Shown here piece by piece: positions 1 through 9,975 of a stretch of 64,000 nt of DNA. The stretch comes from Ignavibacteriota bacterium (GTDB lineage Bacteria; Bacteroidota; Ignavibacteria; UBA10030). Positions within the stretch are counted from its first letter, which is position 1. Every line of letters starts with the position of its first letter. A program made the translations under genes and the position numbers. The notes under the pieces are model-generated. The model was not told the DNA's origin and searched no databases. It worked only from the letters and a program-made list of their open reading frames with translations. The stretch is from the NCBI GenBank assembly GCA_963727825.1, contig CAVSHO010000009.1, positions 736,001 through 800,000 on the forward strand, given 5' to 3'.

Positions 1-123
1 ATAGACTAGATAGAGAATAAATAGATCTGGAAGATACCCACTTAAAGAAATAAATGGGAGAAAAGTGGTTTGGAGCAGCAATAATCCGATGACGACAAGA
101 GCAGAGCGTATGTAAGGTTGCAT
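1..123 (-). CDS. mreD: Rod shape-determining protein MreD, 5' part (runs off the window edge)
   Basis: Not in the ORF track. Manual translation from the ATG at 123 gives MQPYIRSALVVIGLLLLQTTFLPFISLSGYLPDLFILYLVY, matching the MreD N-terminus (LQ..., PDL). Confidence 0.7.
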   Translation of the reverse strand, partial: MQPYIRSALVVIGLLLLQTTFLPFISLSGYLPDLFILYLVY

Positions 124-145
124 TTTTTTCCGTAGAATAATTGAA

Positions 146-174
146 AAAGTACCGAGAAAAGGAGAGAGAAGCAA
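146..174 (-). promoter_or_regulatory. Putative sigma70-type promoter for mreD
   Basis: Minus strand TTGCTT-N17-TACTTT, ending 22 nt upstream of the ATG. Confidence 0.45.
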
Positions 175-232
175 GAACGAGTACAGTAAGAAAATCGCTT
201 ATGATTTATAGCATGGGTGTGGATTACTAAAG

Positions 233-265
233 CACAAAAGCCAGGTCCACCGGCCTGGCTTTGTG
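233..265 (-). terminator. Intrinsic terminator after the Spy/CpxP-like gene
   Basis: Inverted repeat AAAGCCAGG/CCTGGCTTT followed on the minus strand by a T-rich tail. Confidence 0.65.
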
Positions 266-298
266 TTGACATTGCGGCTGTGTACTTTCTCTACCGCA

Positions 299-673
299 TT
301 ATTGTGTCGGTCGTCCCATACGTGCCCGGCGCTCTTGGACCATTTTATCGTACTCTTTAGCTTGGTCTTCCGTGAGAACTGCTTTGATTTTGTCGTCTGA
401 CTTCTTCATAAGTTCTTGCATGGCCGAGCGCATTGCATCACGGTCGCCTTGATTCTCGCTCATTGCCGTGGTCATTTCTTCACGTTGATCTTCTAAAATT
501 TTTGTGATTTTTGCGCTTTGTTCCTCGCTCAGCTTCAAACTATCGCTCAGCATTTTGACACGATCTTCTACCGACATTCGCTGTGGCTGGGCTTGCGCGA
601 GAGTAGAAAATAGCATTACGATACCAAGAACGACTACGAGTCCCATAGTCTTTCGCATCACTGTTGTTGACAT
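299..673 (-). CDS. Secreted helical Spy/CpxP-like (LTXXQ) protein
   Basis: Signal peptide ending AQA, two LTXXQ-like motifs (LSEEQ, LTEDQ), Met/Arg/Glu-rich helices. Confidence 0.7.
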   Translation of the reverse strand: MSTTVMRKTMGLVVVLGIVMLFSTLAQAQPQRMSVEDRVKMLSDSLKLSEEQSAKITKILEDQREEMTTAMSENQGDRDAMRSAMQELMKKSDDKIKAVLTEDQAKEYDKMVQERRARMGRPTQ

Positions 674-746
674 AGGTCCATCCTTTCTTTTTTTAACGCT
701 TTTGATTATGTATCTCTGGATCCTTTGACCGTCTGGCCTGTATTTA

Positions 747-772
747 AAACGCTGAAAGCACGGAAATGTTTC
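747..772 (-). promoter_or_regulatory. Putative ECF sigma promoter
   Basis: Minus strand GAAAC-N16-CGTTT; same geometry as the motif at 7966-7991. Confidence 0.55.
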
Positions 773-1038
773 TATATGGAATGTCTTTTAATATCATGAT
801 ATTAGACTCTTTAATGGGGTGATTGGTTGAATGAGAAACAAATTTTTTTAGGGAATATTGATCAACACGGCGAACGCCGAAGACCTTGCTGAATAGTCAA
901 ATCAGGAATATGGTTCCCGTGTAATCTCGTTCGGTCGCGCATATACCTTTAGGGCGCTGTCAAAAAATCCAAGGTTGAATCGCTGAAATATGATAATGAA
1001 TTGTAGTAAGGACTCAATATATTGAATCCCTTCCTAAA

Positions 1039-2115
1039 TCATTTCAATATCCACAGCAGATATCCATATCCCTCTTTTTCCATCTCTTCTTTTGGAATAA
1101 ATTTTAGTGAAGCAGAATTGATACAATATCGTAAATGCGTTGGAGTCGGTCCATCATCAAAGACATGTCCCAAATGTGAATCGCCCGACTTGCTGCGTAC
1201 TTCAATTCTTTCCATATATGCAGATGAATCTTTTTTCTTTACGATGTAGCGCGAGTCAATCGGCTTTGTAAAGCTTGGCCAACCGGTTCCCGACTCAAAC
1301 TTATCGGTCGAACTAAACAGCGGTTCGCCGGATACAATATCAACATAGATTCCAACTTTTTTATTGTTCCAATACGCATTATGAAAAGCCGGTTCTGTTC
1401 CGCATTGTGCAGTGACCTCGTATTGTTCATCTGTCAGTTTCTTTTTTAATTCTTCTTTTGGCGGTTTTTGAAACTTCGACAGGCCGACATCGCCCCATAC
1501 CGCTTTAATAAATTGATCTCTCCCTGAAGCGCTTCTATAACTGTAATATCGAACAGGATTCTTTTTACAATATTGCTGATGGTAATCCTCGGCTGGATAA
1601 AATGTAGTGAATGGAATAATTTTCGCAGCTATGGGTTTATCAAAGATCCCGGATTTTCCCAATTCGGCTTTTGATGATTCGGCTATCTTTTTTTGTACAT
1701 CATTGTGATAGAAAATAGCTGAGAGATATTGTGATCCTCTGTCTACAAAGGAGCCTCCTGAATCTGTAGGATCGATTTGTCTCCAAAATATGTCAACCAA
1801 TTCAGCATAACTAATGAGCTGCGGATCAAAGATAATCTGAACGGATTCAAGGTGGCCTGTTGTACCAGTGCAAACTTCCTCGTATGTAGGATTCTTAACG
1901 TGCCCGCCTGCATAACCGGATATAACTTTCTTGACGCCGTCTAAATCTTCAAAAGCTGTTTCCATACACCAAAAACAACCGCCTGCAAAAGTTGCGGTTT
2001 CCAATCCTTGTTCATCCTTTTGTATAAATCGTGTATTCATATCTTTTGAATCCGTTTTTGTACAACTCGAAATGATAAGAACGCTTATCAGTAATAAAAT
2101 TGATTTAAAATTCAT
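1039..2115 (-). CDS. msrAB: Bifunctional methionine sulfoxide reductase MsrA-MsrB, lipoprotein
   Basis: MsrA motifs GGCFWC and FYPAEDYHQ; MsrB motifs GTGWPSF, HLGHVF, RYCINS; lipobox IISSC. Confidence 0.95.
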   Translation of the reverse strand: MNFKSILLLISVLIISSCTKTDSKDMNTRFIQKDEQGLETATFAGGCFWCMETAFEDLDGVKKVISGYAGGHVKNPTYEEVCTGTTGHLESVQIIFDPQLISYAELVDIFWRQIDPTDSGGSFVDRGSQYLSAIFYHNDVQKKIAESSKAELGKSGIFDKPIAAKIIPFTTFYPAEDYHQQYCKKNPVRYYSYRSASGRDQFIKAVWGDVGLSKFQKPPKEELKKKLTDEQYEVTAQCGTEPAFHNAYWNNKKVGIYVDIVSGEPLFSSTDKFESGTGWPSFTKPIDSRYIVKKKDSSAYMERIEVRSKSGDSHLGHVFDDGPTPTHLRYCINSASLKFIPKEEMEKEGYGYLLWILK

Positions 2116-2255
2116 ACATTCCTCTTAATGTTCTATTTAATAACAGAACATTTATAAAGCTATTAAAGTTTCAAAATATTGAAAAAGTAAATTGAATTTT
2201 ATCTGGAAAACTCAGATCTATTAAACTAGAGAAGAGGAAATTCAACTTGGTCGAT

Positions 2256-2981
2256 TTATAATTTAAGTTGTATTCCTATATAACCCCATAGATTCGTGTC
2301 ATCATTCTTCTGATGAAGACTTTTTCCGATTGAGCCTAAAAATGAGATAGATTCTGAATATTCCCATATTATACCAACGTTGATCATAGGCTCACATATA
2401 TCGAATGGAGCTTCTTGCAAATTGGAGTGGTATTCAACAAGAACATCGGTATGATTTAAGAATAATGCGGCAGCGATACCACCTCTCCAGCCGGCTGAAT
2501 GTCCTTGTATCCAATCATGCCCAAGCTCGGCGGTTAATCCAAAGGACGACCATTCTTTGTTCAATTCGACAGGCAAGAAAAATTCTGCCTTGTCTTCAAA
2601 TTTTAGCGGGATCTGAATTTGTGGGTAGCTTGAAATATTCGATCCAAACGATTCTGCGTCCAGAAATCTGTACTTAATACCAAATTTTATTTCGTCAAAA
2701 CCATTCCATAAATAACTATTGTTTTCTTTTTCAATCATAAAAGGAGATTCAACCTTCAGTTGCATATGTTCTCCTACTCCATAATTGATATCGATGAATG
2801 GCATTTGCCACGCTGCTACAAGAGATGAGCGTTCAACTGCCGCTGCAATGTTGATTTCCCAATTACCGGGTCCAGGAGTTAATGGATCGTCGGTTATCAA
2901 GGGTGGACCTCCTTGGGCGAAAGATACAAATGGGAAAATTAATGGAAAGAAAATGGAAACATTAATCAAAAATGTTTTCAT
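2256..2981 (-). CDS. Putative outer-membrane beta-barrel protein of unknown function
   Basis: Signal peptide, then GGPPLITDDPLTPG, amphipathic strands and C-terminal YIGIQLKL. Confidence 0.6.
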   Translation of the reverse strand: MKTFLINVSIFFPLIFPFVSFAQGGPPLITDDPLTPGPGNWEINIAAAVERSSLVAAWQMPFIDINYGVGEHMQLKVESPFMIEKENNSYLWNGFDEIKFGIKYRFLDAESFGSNISSYPQIQIPLKFEDKAEFFLPVELNKEWSSFGLTAELGHDWIQGHSAGWRGGIAAALFLNHTDVLVEYHSNLQEAPFDICEPMINVGIIWEYSESISFLGSIGKSLHQKNDDTNLWGYIGIQLKL

Positions 2982-3011
2982 AAAGAACTTTTAGTAAAAA
3001 TAGAAGAATAG

Positions 3012-4037
3012 CTATTTTTGTATTTTCAACACAATGAAAGTGTTGGGCAAAATAGCCGGACGCGGATGTGGACGTTCATCTGTTGGGACCGGCGCAGGAC
3101 CAAATTCTGCCGTGGGAATGTACACTGTATGTGTTACAGGATCAACTGTTATCGTACGCCCTCCAATCTGCGTTTTTACTGTTTCCAGCACAGAAAATTT
3201 CGACGGCGATTCTTCGCGTACGATTGTTATTGTTCCTTCGCCGTTTGCTGAAAATACTAATTCTGTTCCCGGATCAAATGCACATCCATCGACCCTCTCC
3301 CCGATGGGAAGTGTAGTGATAACATTTCCGTTATCTGCATTTATGACAACCATCAATTTATTGCCACACACAGAAAATAGACGATTGTGTTTGACATCAA
3401 TAGTCAACCCGGAAGGTTCTTCACCCGGTTTTATCGGCCAGCGAGAGAGAATTTTCATTTCTTTTGCATCGATAACCACAATTTCATTTTTATCCTCGAT
3501 ATTTACAAAGACATGACCTTTGCCATCGGTGGCAGAAAACTCAGGTTTGCCTTCAAGCGGCAATGTTGAGAGAACAGCCCCTTTTTTAGCATCAAGAATC
3601 GAAGCATCATTGCTTCGACCGTTGAAAACAAAAACGCGCTTGGAAAAATGATCATAGAGAATTGCATCGGGATTTTTTCCGACCGAAACCGTATCGATGA
3701 GCTTCAGGGTTTTCAAATCGACAATGCTGACCGTGGAAGCACGACCATTAGAGACGAAACAACGACCAAATTCGTTAGCCACCGCAATACCATGCACACC
3801 TTCTGTTTTAAGGATTTCGCCTGCCACTTTATCGGAATCGGTACTAATGACATCCACTTTAGTCCCGTGCGATGCAAACAATCGATGCGATTGAGCGTCG
3901 AATGAAATATAATCCCAGCCGCCTTCACCGCCAACAACAATCTTCTTTACAACATGATACCCCGAAGAAGATTGTGCAATGCTAATGAGCGAAAAGATTA
4001 TAAGAAGAATTGCGACATTCCGAATAATTTTTAACAT
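3012..4037 (-). CDS. YncE/YVTN-type secreted beta-propeller protein
   Basis: Signal peptide and repeated blades (GGWDY, GVHGIA, VGKNPDAI, GKPEF, GEEPSGL). Confidence 0.85.
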   Translation of the reverse strand: MLKIIRNVAILLIIFSLISIAQSSSGYHVVKKIVVGGEGGWDYISFDAQSHRLFASHGTKVDVISTDSDKVAGEILKTEGVHGIAVANEFGRCFVSNGRASTVSIVDLKTLKLIDTVSVGKNPDAILYDHFSKRVFVFNGRSNDASILDAKKGAVLSTLPLEGKPEFSATDGKGHVFVNIEDKNEIVVIDAKEMKILSRWPIKPGEEPSGLTIDVKHNRLFSVCGNKLMVVINADNGNVITTLPIGERVDGCAFDPGTELVFSANGEGTITIVREESPSKFSVLETVKTQIGGRTITVDPVTHTVYIPTAEFGPAPVPTDERPHPRPAILPNTFIVLKIQK

Positions 4038-4269
4038 GGTGTTCTCCTAATATATGATTGGTTTAAAAACAATATTCTCTAGTCACGTGAACATAAAGAC
4101 AAACATATATTCGACTAAAGTGAATCACCTCCATAGGTTTATCAATTAATATACAAGAAATATAGATGCAGATAATTTGGAATAGTCTTCTATAAGAAGT
4201 ACGCATATAGATTGCTCTATATGTAGAGTACCAAAAAAGATGAAATGGGGCGAAAACTTTTAGGAAAGT

Positions 4270-4317
4270 GAAGTCCATCTTCTTTCTTGTCGGAAAGATA
4301 TGCAGAAGATGGACTTC
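4270..4317 (-). terminator. Hairpin after the MacAB-like operon
   Basis: 14-bp perfect inverted repeat GAAGTCCATCTTCT/AGAAGATGGACTTC just after the permease stop. Confidence 0.55.
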
Positions 4318-4328
4318 GTTCTTGTGTG

Positions 4329-5546
4329 TTATTCATATCTTAAAGCATCAATGGGATTCAGCATTGCTGCTTTTCTAGCTGGATAAAACCCAAAGAATAT
4401 TCCGATAGCAATAGAAAATCCGAATGAAAGGATAATCGAGAATGCCGTAACAATAGTCGGCCACTTCGCAAGACTTGATATGACCGATGAACCGACAACA
4501 CCGAGTATAATTCCAATAATACCGCCTAATAAACTTAGCACAAGCGCTTCGATAAGAAATTGTGTAAGTATGTCTCTGCTTCTGGCACCAATGGACATAC
4601 GAATTCCGATTTCGCGAGTTCGCTCTGTGACAGACACAAGCATAATGTTCATAATGCCGATGCCGCCGACAAGTAGCGAGACCGATGCAATGCTTGCCAG
4701 AAGGATTGTGAGAATATCTGTGGTCGCTGTTGCTGTTGCCGCAAGATCGGTTTGATTGCGAATTGTGAAGTCGTCCGAATCGTATGGCTGAATTTTATGC
4801 CTCATTCGCAGAAGTTCGGAGATCTGTGTTTGCGCAACACTAATATCTTTCAAACTTGTAGCGGAAACAAGGATAAACCTTAAATTGGGCCAATGAGAGA
4901 GTCTTAGTATTACAGTTGTATATGGCGCAAGGATAACATCGTCTTGATCCTGCCCCATTGCGTTTTGCCCTTTTTTCGTAAGTACGCCGACGACTTTAAA
5001 CGGGACACTTCGTATACGAATGGTTTGATCAACCGGACTTGATTCAGGAAAAAGATTGTCAGCAACTGTTCTTCCTAATATACAGACTTTTGCCGCAGCC
5101 TTAATATCTTGATCGGTGAAGAATTCTCCATATTCAATCGGCCATTGACGTATTTCAAGATAGTCGGTACCGACACCTTGAATACCGGTCGACCAATTAA
5201 GATTGCCGGCAATAATCTGACCTCCGGCCATGGACCCTGGAGAAATATACTGAACCGCTGGGCATTCTTTTGAAATTGCGAGAGCATCGTCCTCCGTTAG
5301 AGTAGTCGCCGCTCCTGCCGCACTCCGAACTCCTGCTTGCTGTTGGGCGCCTGGATAGACCATAAGTACATTTGTGCCCAAAGATGCTATCTGTTCCTTC
5401 ACTGAATACTCCGCACCCTGACCGATGGCAAGCATCGCTATAACAGCCCCAACGCCGATAATAATTCCAAGCATGGTAAGAAATGAGCGCATCTTATTGC
5501 GCTGCAAAGCTCTGAATGCTGAAAGAAGAATATTCAAAATCTTCAT
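4329..5546 (-). CDS. MacB-family ABC transporter permease
   Basis: RSFLTMLGIIIGV, GGIGIMNIMLVSVTERTREIGIR, PIDALRYE. Confidence 0.95.
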   Translation of the reverse strand: MKILNILLSAFRALQRNKMRSFLTMLGIIIGVGAVIAMLAIGQGAEYSVKEQIASLGTNVLMVYPGAQQQAGVRSAAGAATTLTEDDALAISKECPAVQYISPGSMAGGQIIAGNLNWSTGIQGVGTDYLEIRQWPIEYGEFFTDQDIKAAAKVCILGRTVADNLFPESSPVDQTIRIRSVPFKVVGVLTKKGQNAMGQDQDDVILAPYTTVILRLSHWPNLRFILVSATSLKDISVAQTQISELLRMRHKIQPYDSDDFTIRNQTDLAATATATTDILTILLASIASVSLLVGGIGIMNIMLVSVTERTREIGIRMSIGARSRDILTQFLIEALVLSLLGGIIGIILGVVGSSVISSLAKWPTIVTAFSIILSFGFSIAIGIFFGFYPARKAAMLNPIDALRYE

Positions 5547-6334
5547 ATAGTCTCCTCCTCTTCATCATCGATTGTCGGCATTTCTTTAATTACTTCGGAA
5601 GCGACCTTGGGACTGCTATTGATCCTATCTGTTTTAATCTTACCATCTCGAAAAACGATGTGTCGATTCGCAAACGTTGCAACGTCCGGTTCATGGGTTA
5701 CAAGAATGACCGTAATGCCGTTATTGTTAAGCTCTTGAAATATGCCCATAACCTCAACGCTTGTCCGGCTATCCAGATTACCTGTTGGTTCATCAGCAAG
5801 AATAATACTAGGATCATTTACCAGTGCTCTTGCAATTGCTACACGTTGTTGTTGACCACCGGAGAGTTGGTTGGGATAATGATGGATCCTATCCCCGAGT
5901 CCTACACGCTCGATTGCTTCAATGGCTTTCGCTTTACGCAATTTTGTCGATGTTGGACCATAGAATAATGGGAGTTCTACGTTCTCCAACGCTGAAGTGC
6001 GTGAAAGCAAATTAAATCCCTGGAATACGAAACCGATTTTCTTATTCCGTATCGCTGCAAGTTCATCTCTGGATAATTTTCCGACATCGATCCCTTCAAG
6101 CACGTATGATCCTTTCGTTGGCTTGTCGAGACATCCCAAAATGTTCATAAATGTAGATTTACCAGAACCGGAAGCTCCCATAATGGCAACGAACTCACCT
6201 TTTGATACGTTAACCGATACACCACGTAGAGCATGTACGTCAATCTCTCCAAGTTGATAGATTTTAACTAAGTGCTCAATCTGGATAAGAGTTCCATTAA
6301 CATCTATTGGTGCAGTGTGAACATCGGCGATCAT
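5543..6334 (-). CDS. MacB/LolD-family ABC transporter ATP-binding protein
   Basis: Walker A GASGSGKS, signature [17 protein letters not shown]. Confidence 0.95.
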   Translation of the reverse strand: MIADVHTAPIDVNGTLIQIEHLVKIYQLGEIDVHALRGVSVNVSKGEFVAIMGASGSGKSTFMNILGCLDKPTKGSYVLEGIDVGKLSRDELAAIRNKKIGFVFQGFNLLSRTSALENVELPLFYGPTSTKLRKAKAIEAIERVGLGDRIHHYPNQLSGGQQQRVAIARALVNDPSIILADEPTGNLDSRTSVEVMGIFQELNNNGITVILVTHEPDVATFANRHIVFRDGKIKTDRINSSPKVASEVIKEMPTIDDEEEETI

Positions 6335-7911
6335 CGGAAGCCACCTCCGCCGCCAGGAGGTCGCTGACTTTGACTGGTGAGAGGACTTTGAACCTGCGTG
6401 GAGGCATCGCTGTTGTTAGATGTTGCACCGAGCACTATTTGATCACCCGGTTTCAATCTCGACGAATTGATCTCTGTGTATCTCCCATCATTCAATCCGG
6501 TTCTTACAAAAACCGATTCAAGCAATCCATTTGATTTTAGAATCCAGACTCTTCCTCTTCCAGATTGATGAGAAGGTATATATGCACCCTTCTGATACTC
6601 AGGATAATTTGAAACAATACCGAAGTTTTCTGCACCTCCGGACATTTTGGTTTTTGGTTTATTTAAAGTGGCTGGCACATTTTTCTGGGAGGCTCTTCTC
6701 GCGAACATTTTTTGCATTTCGGCACGGAAATCCTCTGAACTTAATTTACCGCCATGTGCAGATTGAATAGAGTCCCTGATTGCTCGGAAACGCGCCATGT
6801 CTGTCGCTGATGGTTGAAAGTTTTCATACTGTCCAGCACCCTCATTTTGTCCGTTCTGACCAAATGACTTTTGATTATCTGATGATTTGTTGTCTTTAGC
6901 TAAGGAAGGGCGGCCCGACTTTGAAGAGTCTGTTATGTTTTCTCCTCTTCCCATGAAACCGTTTCGCATTGAACCAATACCTGTTGTATCAATAATATCT
7001 GCTGATGGTTGAAATCGTAAGGCCATATTAGAGACTTTCAAAACATTGCTTGCGCTGGCAACGAAAATTTTAACATTTGCTGTAAGGCCTGGCATAAGTT
7101 TCAGTTGATCATTTTGAACGTCTATAACAACAATATAATTTACAACGTTTTGTATGGATTGCGGGGCAAGCCTAATTTGTGATACCGTGCCTGTGAATTT
7201 ATCATCAGGATACGCATCAACAGTGAATGTTGCTTCTTGTCCAATGCTAATTCTTCCAATATCCGTTTCATCAACAGTTGTCTCGACCTGCATTTTCTTC
7301 AGATCATTTGCAATTGTAAATAATGTTGGGGAGGAGAAACTCGCTGCTACTGTCTGGCCGATGTTAACAGCACGGTTGATCACTACGCCATCCATCGGAG
7401 CATAAATCGTTGCGTAAGCTAAATTGATTTTTGCCCTATCGAGTGCGGCTTCTGCAGATTTTAAGTTGGCTTCATTTGATTCGTTCGTTGTTAATGCCGC
7501 ATCATAATTGATCTGCGAATCGAGCCCGCGATCAAGCAGTGCTTTCTCCCTGTCAAGGTTCCTTTTGCTGTCTGCGTACTGCGCTTTTGCCTTGTCGAGA
7601 CTTGCTTCGGCATCAACAACTGATTGATAAAGAAATGTGGAATCGATCTGCGCAATGATTTGCCCTTTTTTAACAACAGAGTTAAAGTCTGCATAAAGTT
7701 TAGCAATGATTCCCGAAACCTGTGTGCCGACATCAACACTAATAACAGCGTTAATAGTGCCGGTCGCCGTTACAAAGACTGTCATGTCTCCTTGCGTAAC
7801 TTTATCAAACCGGAAACTGTAGCCTTGACTTCTATTTCTTGCAAAGAATAGAATTACTCCAATAATTATTACGACGATAACTGAACCATAAATAAGGAAC
7901 GACTTCTTCAT
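6331..7911 (-). CDS. MacA-like efflux periplasmic adaptor subunit
   Basis: N-terminal TM, VGTQVSG, alpha hairpin, IYAPMDGVV, GQTVAASF; stop/start overlap with the ATPase. Confidence 0.92.
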   Translation of the reverse strand: MKKSFLIYGSVIVVIIIGVILFFARNRSQGYSFRFDKVTQGDMTVFVTATGTINAVISVDVGTQVSGIIAKLYADFNSVVKKGQIIAQIDSTFLYQSVVDAEASLDKAKAQYADSKRNLDREKALLDRGLDSQINYDAALTTNESNEANLKSAEAALDRAKINLAYATIYAPMDGVVINRAVNIGQTVAASFSSPTLFTIANDLKKMQVETTVDETDIGRISIGQEATFTVDAYPDDKFTGTVSQIRLAPQSIQNVVNYIVVIDVQNDQLKLMPGLTANVKIFVASASNVLKVSNMALRFQPSADIIDTTGIGSMRNGFMGRGENITDSSKSGRPSLAKDNKSSDNQKSFGQNGQNEGAGQYENFQPSATDMARFRAIRDSIQSAHGGKLSSEDFRAEMQKMFARRASQKNVPATLNKPKTKMSGGAENFGIVSNYPEYQKGAYIPSHQSGRGRVWILKSNGLLESVFVRTGLNDGRYTEINSSRLKPGDQIVLGATSNNSDASTQVQSPLTSQSQRPPGGGGGFR

Positions 7912-7965
7912 AATGAACTCCTAAGGAACCATTGATATAGGACATACACGTTGTCTGTAAATATT

Positions 7966-7991
7966 AGACGAATCTTGACAGGAAAAGTTTT
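7966..7991 (-). promoter_or_regulatory. Putative ECF sigma promoter of the MacAB-like operon
   Basis: Minus strand AAAAC-N16-CGTCT. Confidence 0.55.
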
Positions 7992-8320
7992 TCAATCTGG
8001 GCCGGAATTAATTAATGTTTTTTCATTTCAGGCTATGATATAGAAATACGTACCCATACGGAAAACCTTACAAATATATAATCGAAACGCGCAGATTAAC
8101 TTTCTTTTGGCATCGATGAATCTGATATAACTATTATTGTGGTGGCGTTTTAATTAGTTCAGTTTGTTTTGATAAATATTTTGGATACATTTCTCCCTGT
8201 GTAGATATTAAAACGCCCGAAATATCGCGGAATACGCACTTTCAGGAAAGCAGCATTAAAAATTTTCGCATAACTGAAAAGCAGGGGGCGGTTTTATGCT
8301 AAAGCAATCATATCACAGAT

Positions 8321-8336
8321 CGGTACATTTATTGCC
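8321..8336 (+). promoter_or_regulatory. Putative sigma54 (-24/-12) promoter of hyp/hox
   Basis: CGGTACATTTATTGCC has GG-N10-GC spacing and TTGC at -12; 36 nt before the hypA ATG. Confidence 0.5.
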
Positions 8337-8372
8337 TATTAAGTGATAGATTTATCAAGAAACTGTCATGTC

Positions 8373-8735
8373 ATGCATGAACTTTCTATTGCACAAAACA
8401 TTATAGAGATAATTCAGCAACATGTTCCTGAATTGGAATGGGAACGCGTCACTGTGGTGCGCTTAAAAATCGGTGCAGTTGCCGGTATAGTACCTGAGTC
8501 GCTGGAGTTTTCATTTCGGGCAATTACGGCAGAATCTTTACTTAGTCACACTCGGTTAGAAATTGAATCTGTTCCATTTCGCATTCATTGTAATGCTTGC
8601 GATACGACAACAGAAAACGAAGATGGATTTGCATTGTGCGGTAATTGTGGAAGCACGGACACGAAAATGCTATCGGGATCAGAGCTGAACATCAGTGAAA
8701 TTGAGATAGCGGAACCAGAAGTGGAATTGCTATGA
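8373..8735 (+). CDS. hypA: Hydrogenase nickel metallochaperone HypA
   Basis: MHELSIA start (ATG at 8373), two CxxC pairs (CNAC, CGNC), GSEL. Confidence 0.95.
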   Translation: MHELSIAQNIIEIIQQHVPELEWERVTVVRLKIGAVAGIVPESLEFSFRAITAESLLSHTRLEIESVPFRIHCNACDTTTENEDGFALCGNCGSTDTKMLSGSELNISEIEIAEPEVELL

Positions 8736-9391
8736 GTATTCTTACTGTCGAACGAAAAGTGTTAGAGAAGAATGACGAGCTTGCAGCAAAAAACCGTAAA
8801 CTCTTTCAACACCATGGTACGTTCGTATTAAATATTGTTAGCTCTCCGGGTTCTGGTAAAACAAGTATTTTAGAACGAACACTAGAGCTCCTGAAAGACA
8901 ATCTCCGCATCGCGGTTATTGAAGGCGATGTACAAACGGATTTTGACGCGCAGCGTGTGGCAAAGTTCGGCGTACCGGTTGTTCAAATTATCACAAATGG
9001 AGGATGCCATCTTGACGCAAAATTGGTGCAGGATGCGCTTGGTAATATTGACTTGAAAGGAATTCAACTGCTCGTCATCGAAAATGTAGGCAATCTGGTA
9101 TGCCCCGCTAACTACGATCTGGGGGAACACGTAAAAGTTGTAGTGGCGAGTACAACAGAAGGAGACGATAAACCATTGAAGTATCCGTCAATGTTCCGAA
9201 ACGCTTCTGTTCTTCTTGTTAATAAAATTGATTTGATACCATACATAAATTGTAATATTAATGAGTTAAAAAACAATGCTCTCCGGATCAATCCAGCATT
9301 AAATGTATTTGAAACATCATGCACAACAAAACAAGGTATTGATTTGTGGTGCGCCTGGTTAGAAAAACAGGTAAAGAGCATTTCATCATGA
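8732..9391 (+). CDS. hypB: Hydrogenase nickel incorporation GTPase HypB
   Basis: SSPGSGKT, GGCHLDA, ENVGNLVCP, DKPLKYP, NKID. Confidence 0.97.
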   Translation: MSILTVERKVLEKNDELAAKNRKLFQHHGTFVLNIVSSPGSGKTSILERTLELLKDNLRIAVIEGDVQTDFDAQRVAKFGVPVVQIITNGGCHLDAKLVQDALGNIDLKGIQLLVIENVGNLVCPANYDLGEHVKVVVASTTEGDDKPLKYPSMFRNASVLLVNKIDLIPYINCNINELKNNALRINPALNVFETSCTTKQGIDLWCAWLEKQVKSISS

Positions 9392-9444
9392 ACAAATTAT
9401 CCCTCAAGTAATATGGGACTCAAACAACAGGCAATGAATTAAGA

Positions 9445-9975
9445 ATGAAAATTATGGCACAATTAGAAACAAAAACAGCAAATCATCCAAGCGGTGATAA
9501 TCGGTTTAAGCTGCTCGACCGAGCAATCACCAAGTATCATGGAAGTGGTTATGCATTAATTGAGATTTTGCATGTAGCGCAGGGCATTTTTGGATTTATT
9601 GAAAATGATCTGATGGTGTATATTGCCAATGCACTGAAGCTTCCACTCAGCCGTGTGTACGGTGTAGCAACATTTTATCATTTCTTCCGCTTAAAACCAC
9701 AAGGTGAACATACCTTCGTACTTTGCACTGGTACAGCATGTTATGTGAAGGGTGCAAACGAAATTCAAAAAGCTGTTGAACATCACTGCAAATGTAAGTT
9801 CGGCGAGACAACAAAGGACAACAAAGTTTCGCTCATCTCGGCGCGCTGTGTCGGTTCGTGCGGATTGGCTCCGGTTTCTGTACTCGATGATTCTGTAGCC
9901 GGCAAAGTGACGCCCGATGAAGCTGTGAAACGCATAAAGCATTGGCAGGAAGAAAAAAAGGAGGTTGCAGCATGA
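9445..9975 (+). CDS. hoxE: Bidirectional hydrogenase subunit HoxE (NuoE-like)
   Basis: [11 protein letters not shown]; 2Fe-2S ligands CTGTAC and CVGSC. Confidence 0.92.
   Translation: MKIMAQLETKTANHPSGDNRFKLLDRAITKYHGSGYALIEILHVAQGIFGFIENDLMVYIANALKLPLSRVYGVATFYHFFRLKPQGEHTFVLCTGTACYVKGANEIQKAVEHHCKCKFGETTKDNKVSLISARCVGSCGLAPVSVLDDSVAGKVTPDEAVKRIKHWQEEKKEVAA

Noticed and set aside
42-272. 76-aa ORF in the track
   Set aside because: It spans a terminator and promoter and overlaps the mreD start in another frame.
790-1030. IS end or small RNA downstream of msrAB
   Set aside because: No paired terminal repeat, transposase fragment or recognisable RNA fold.
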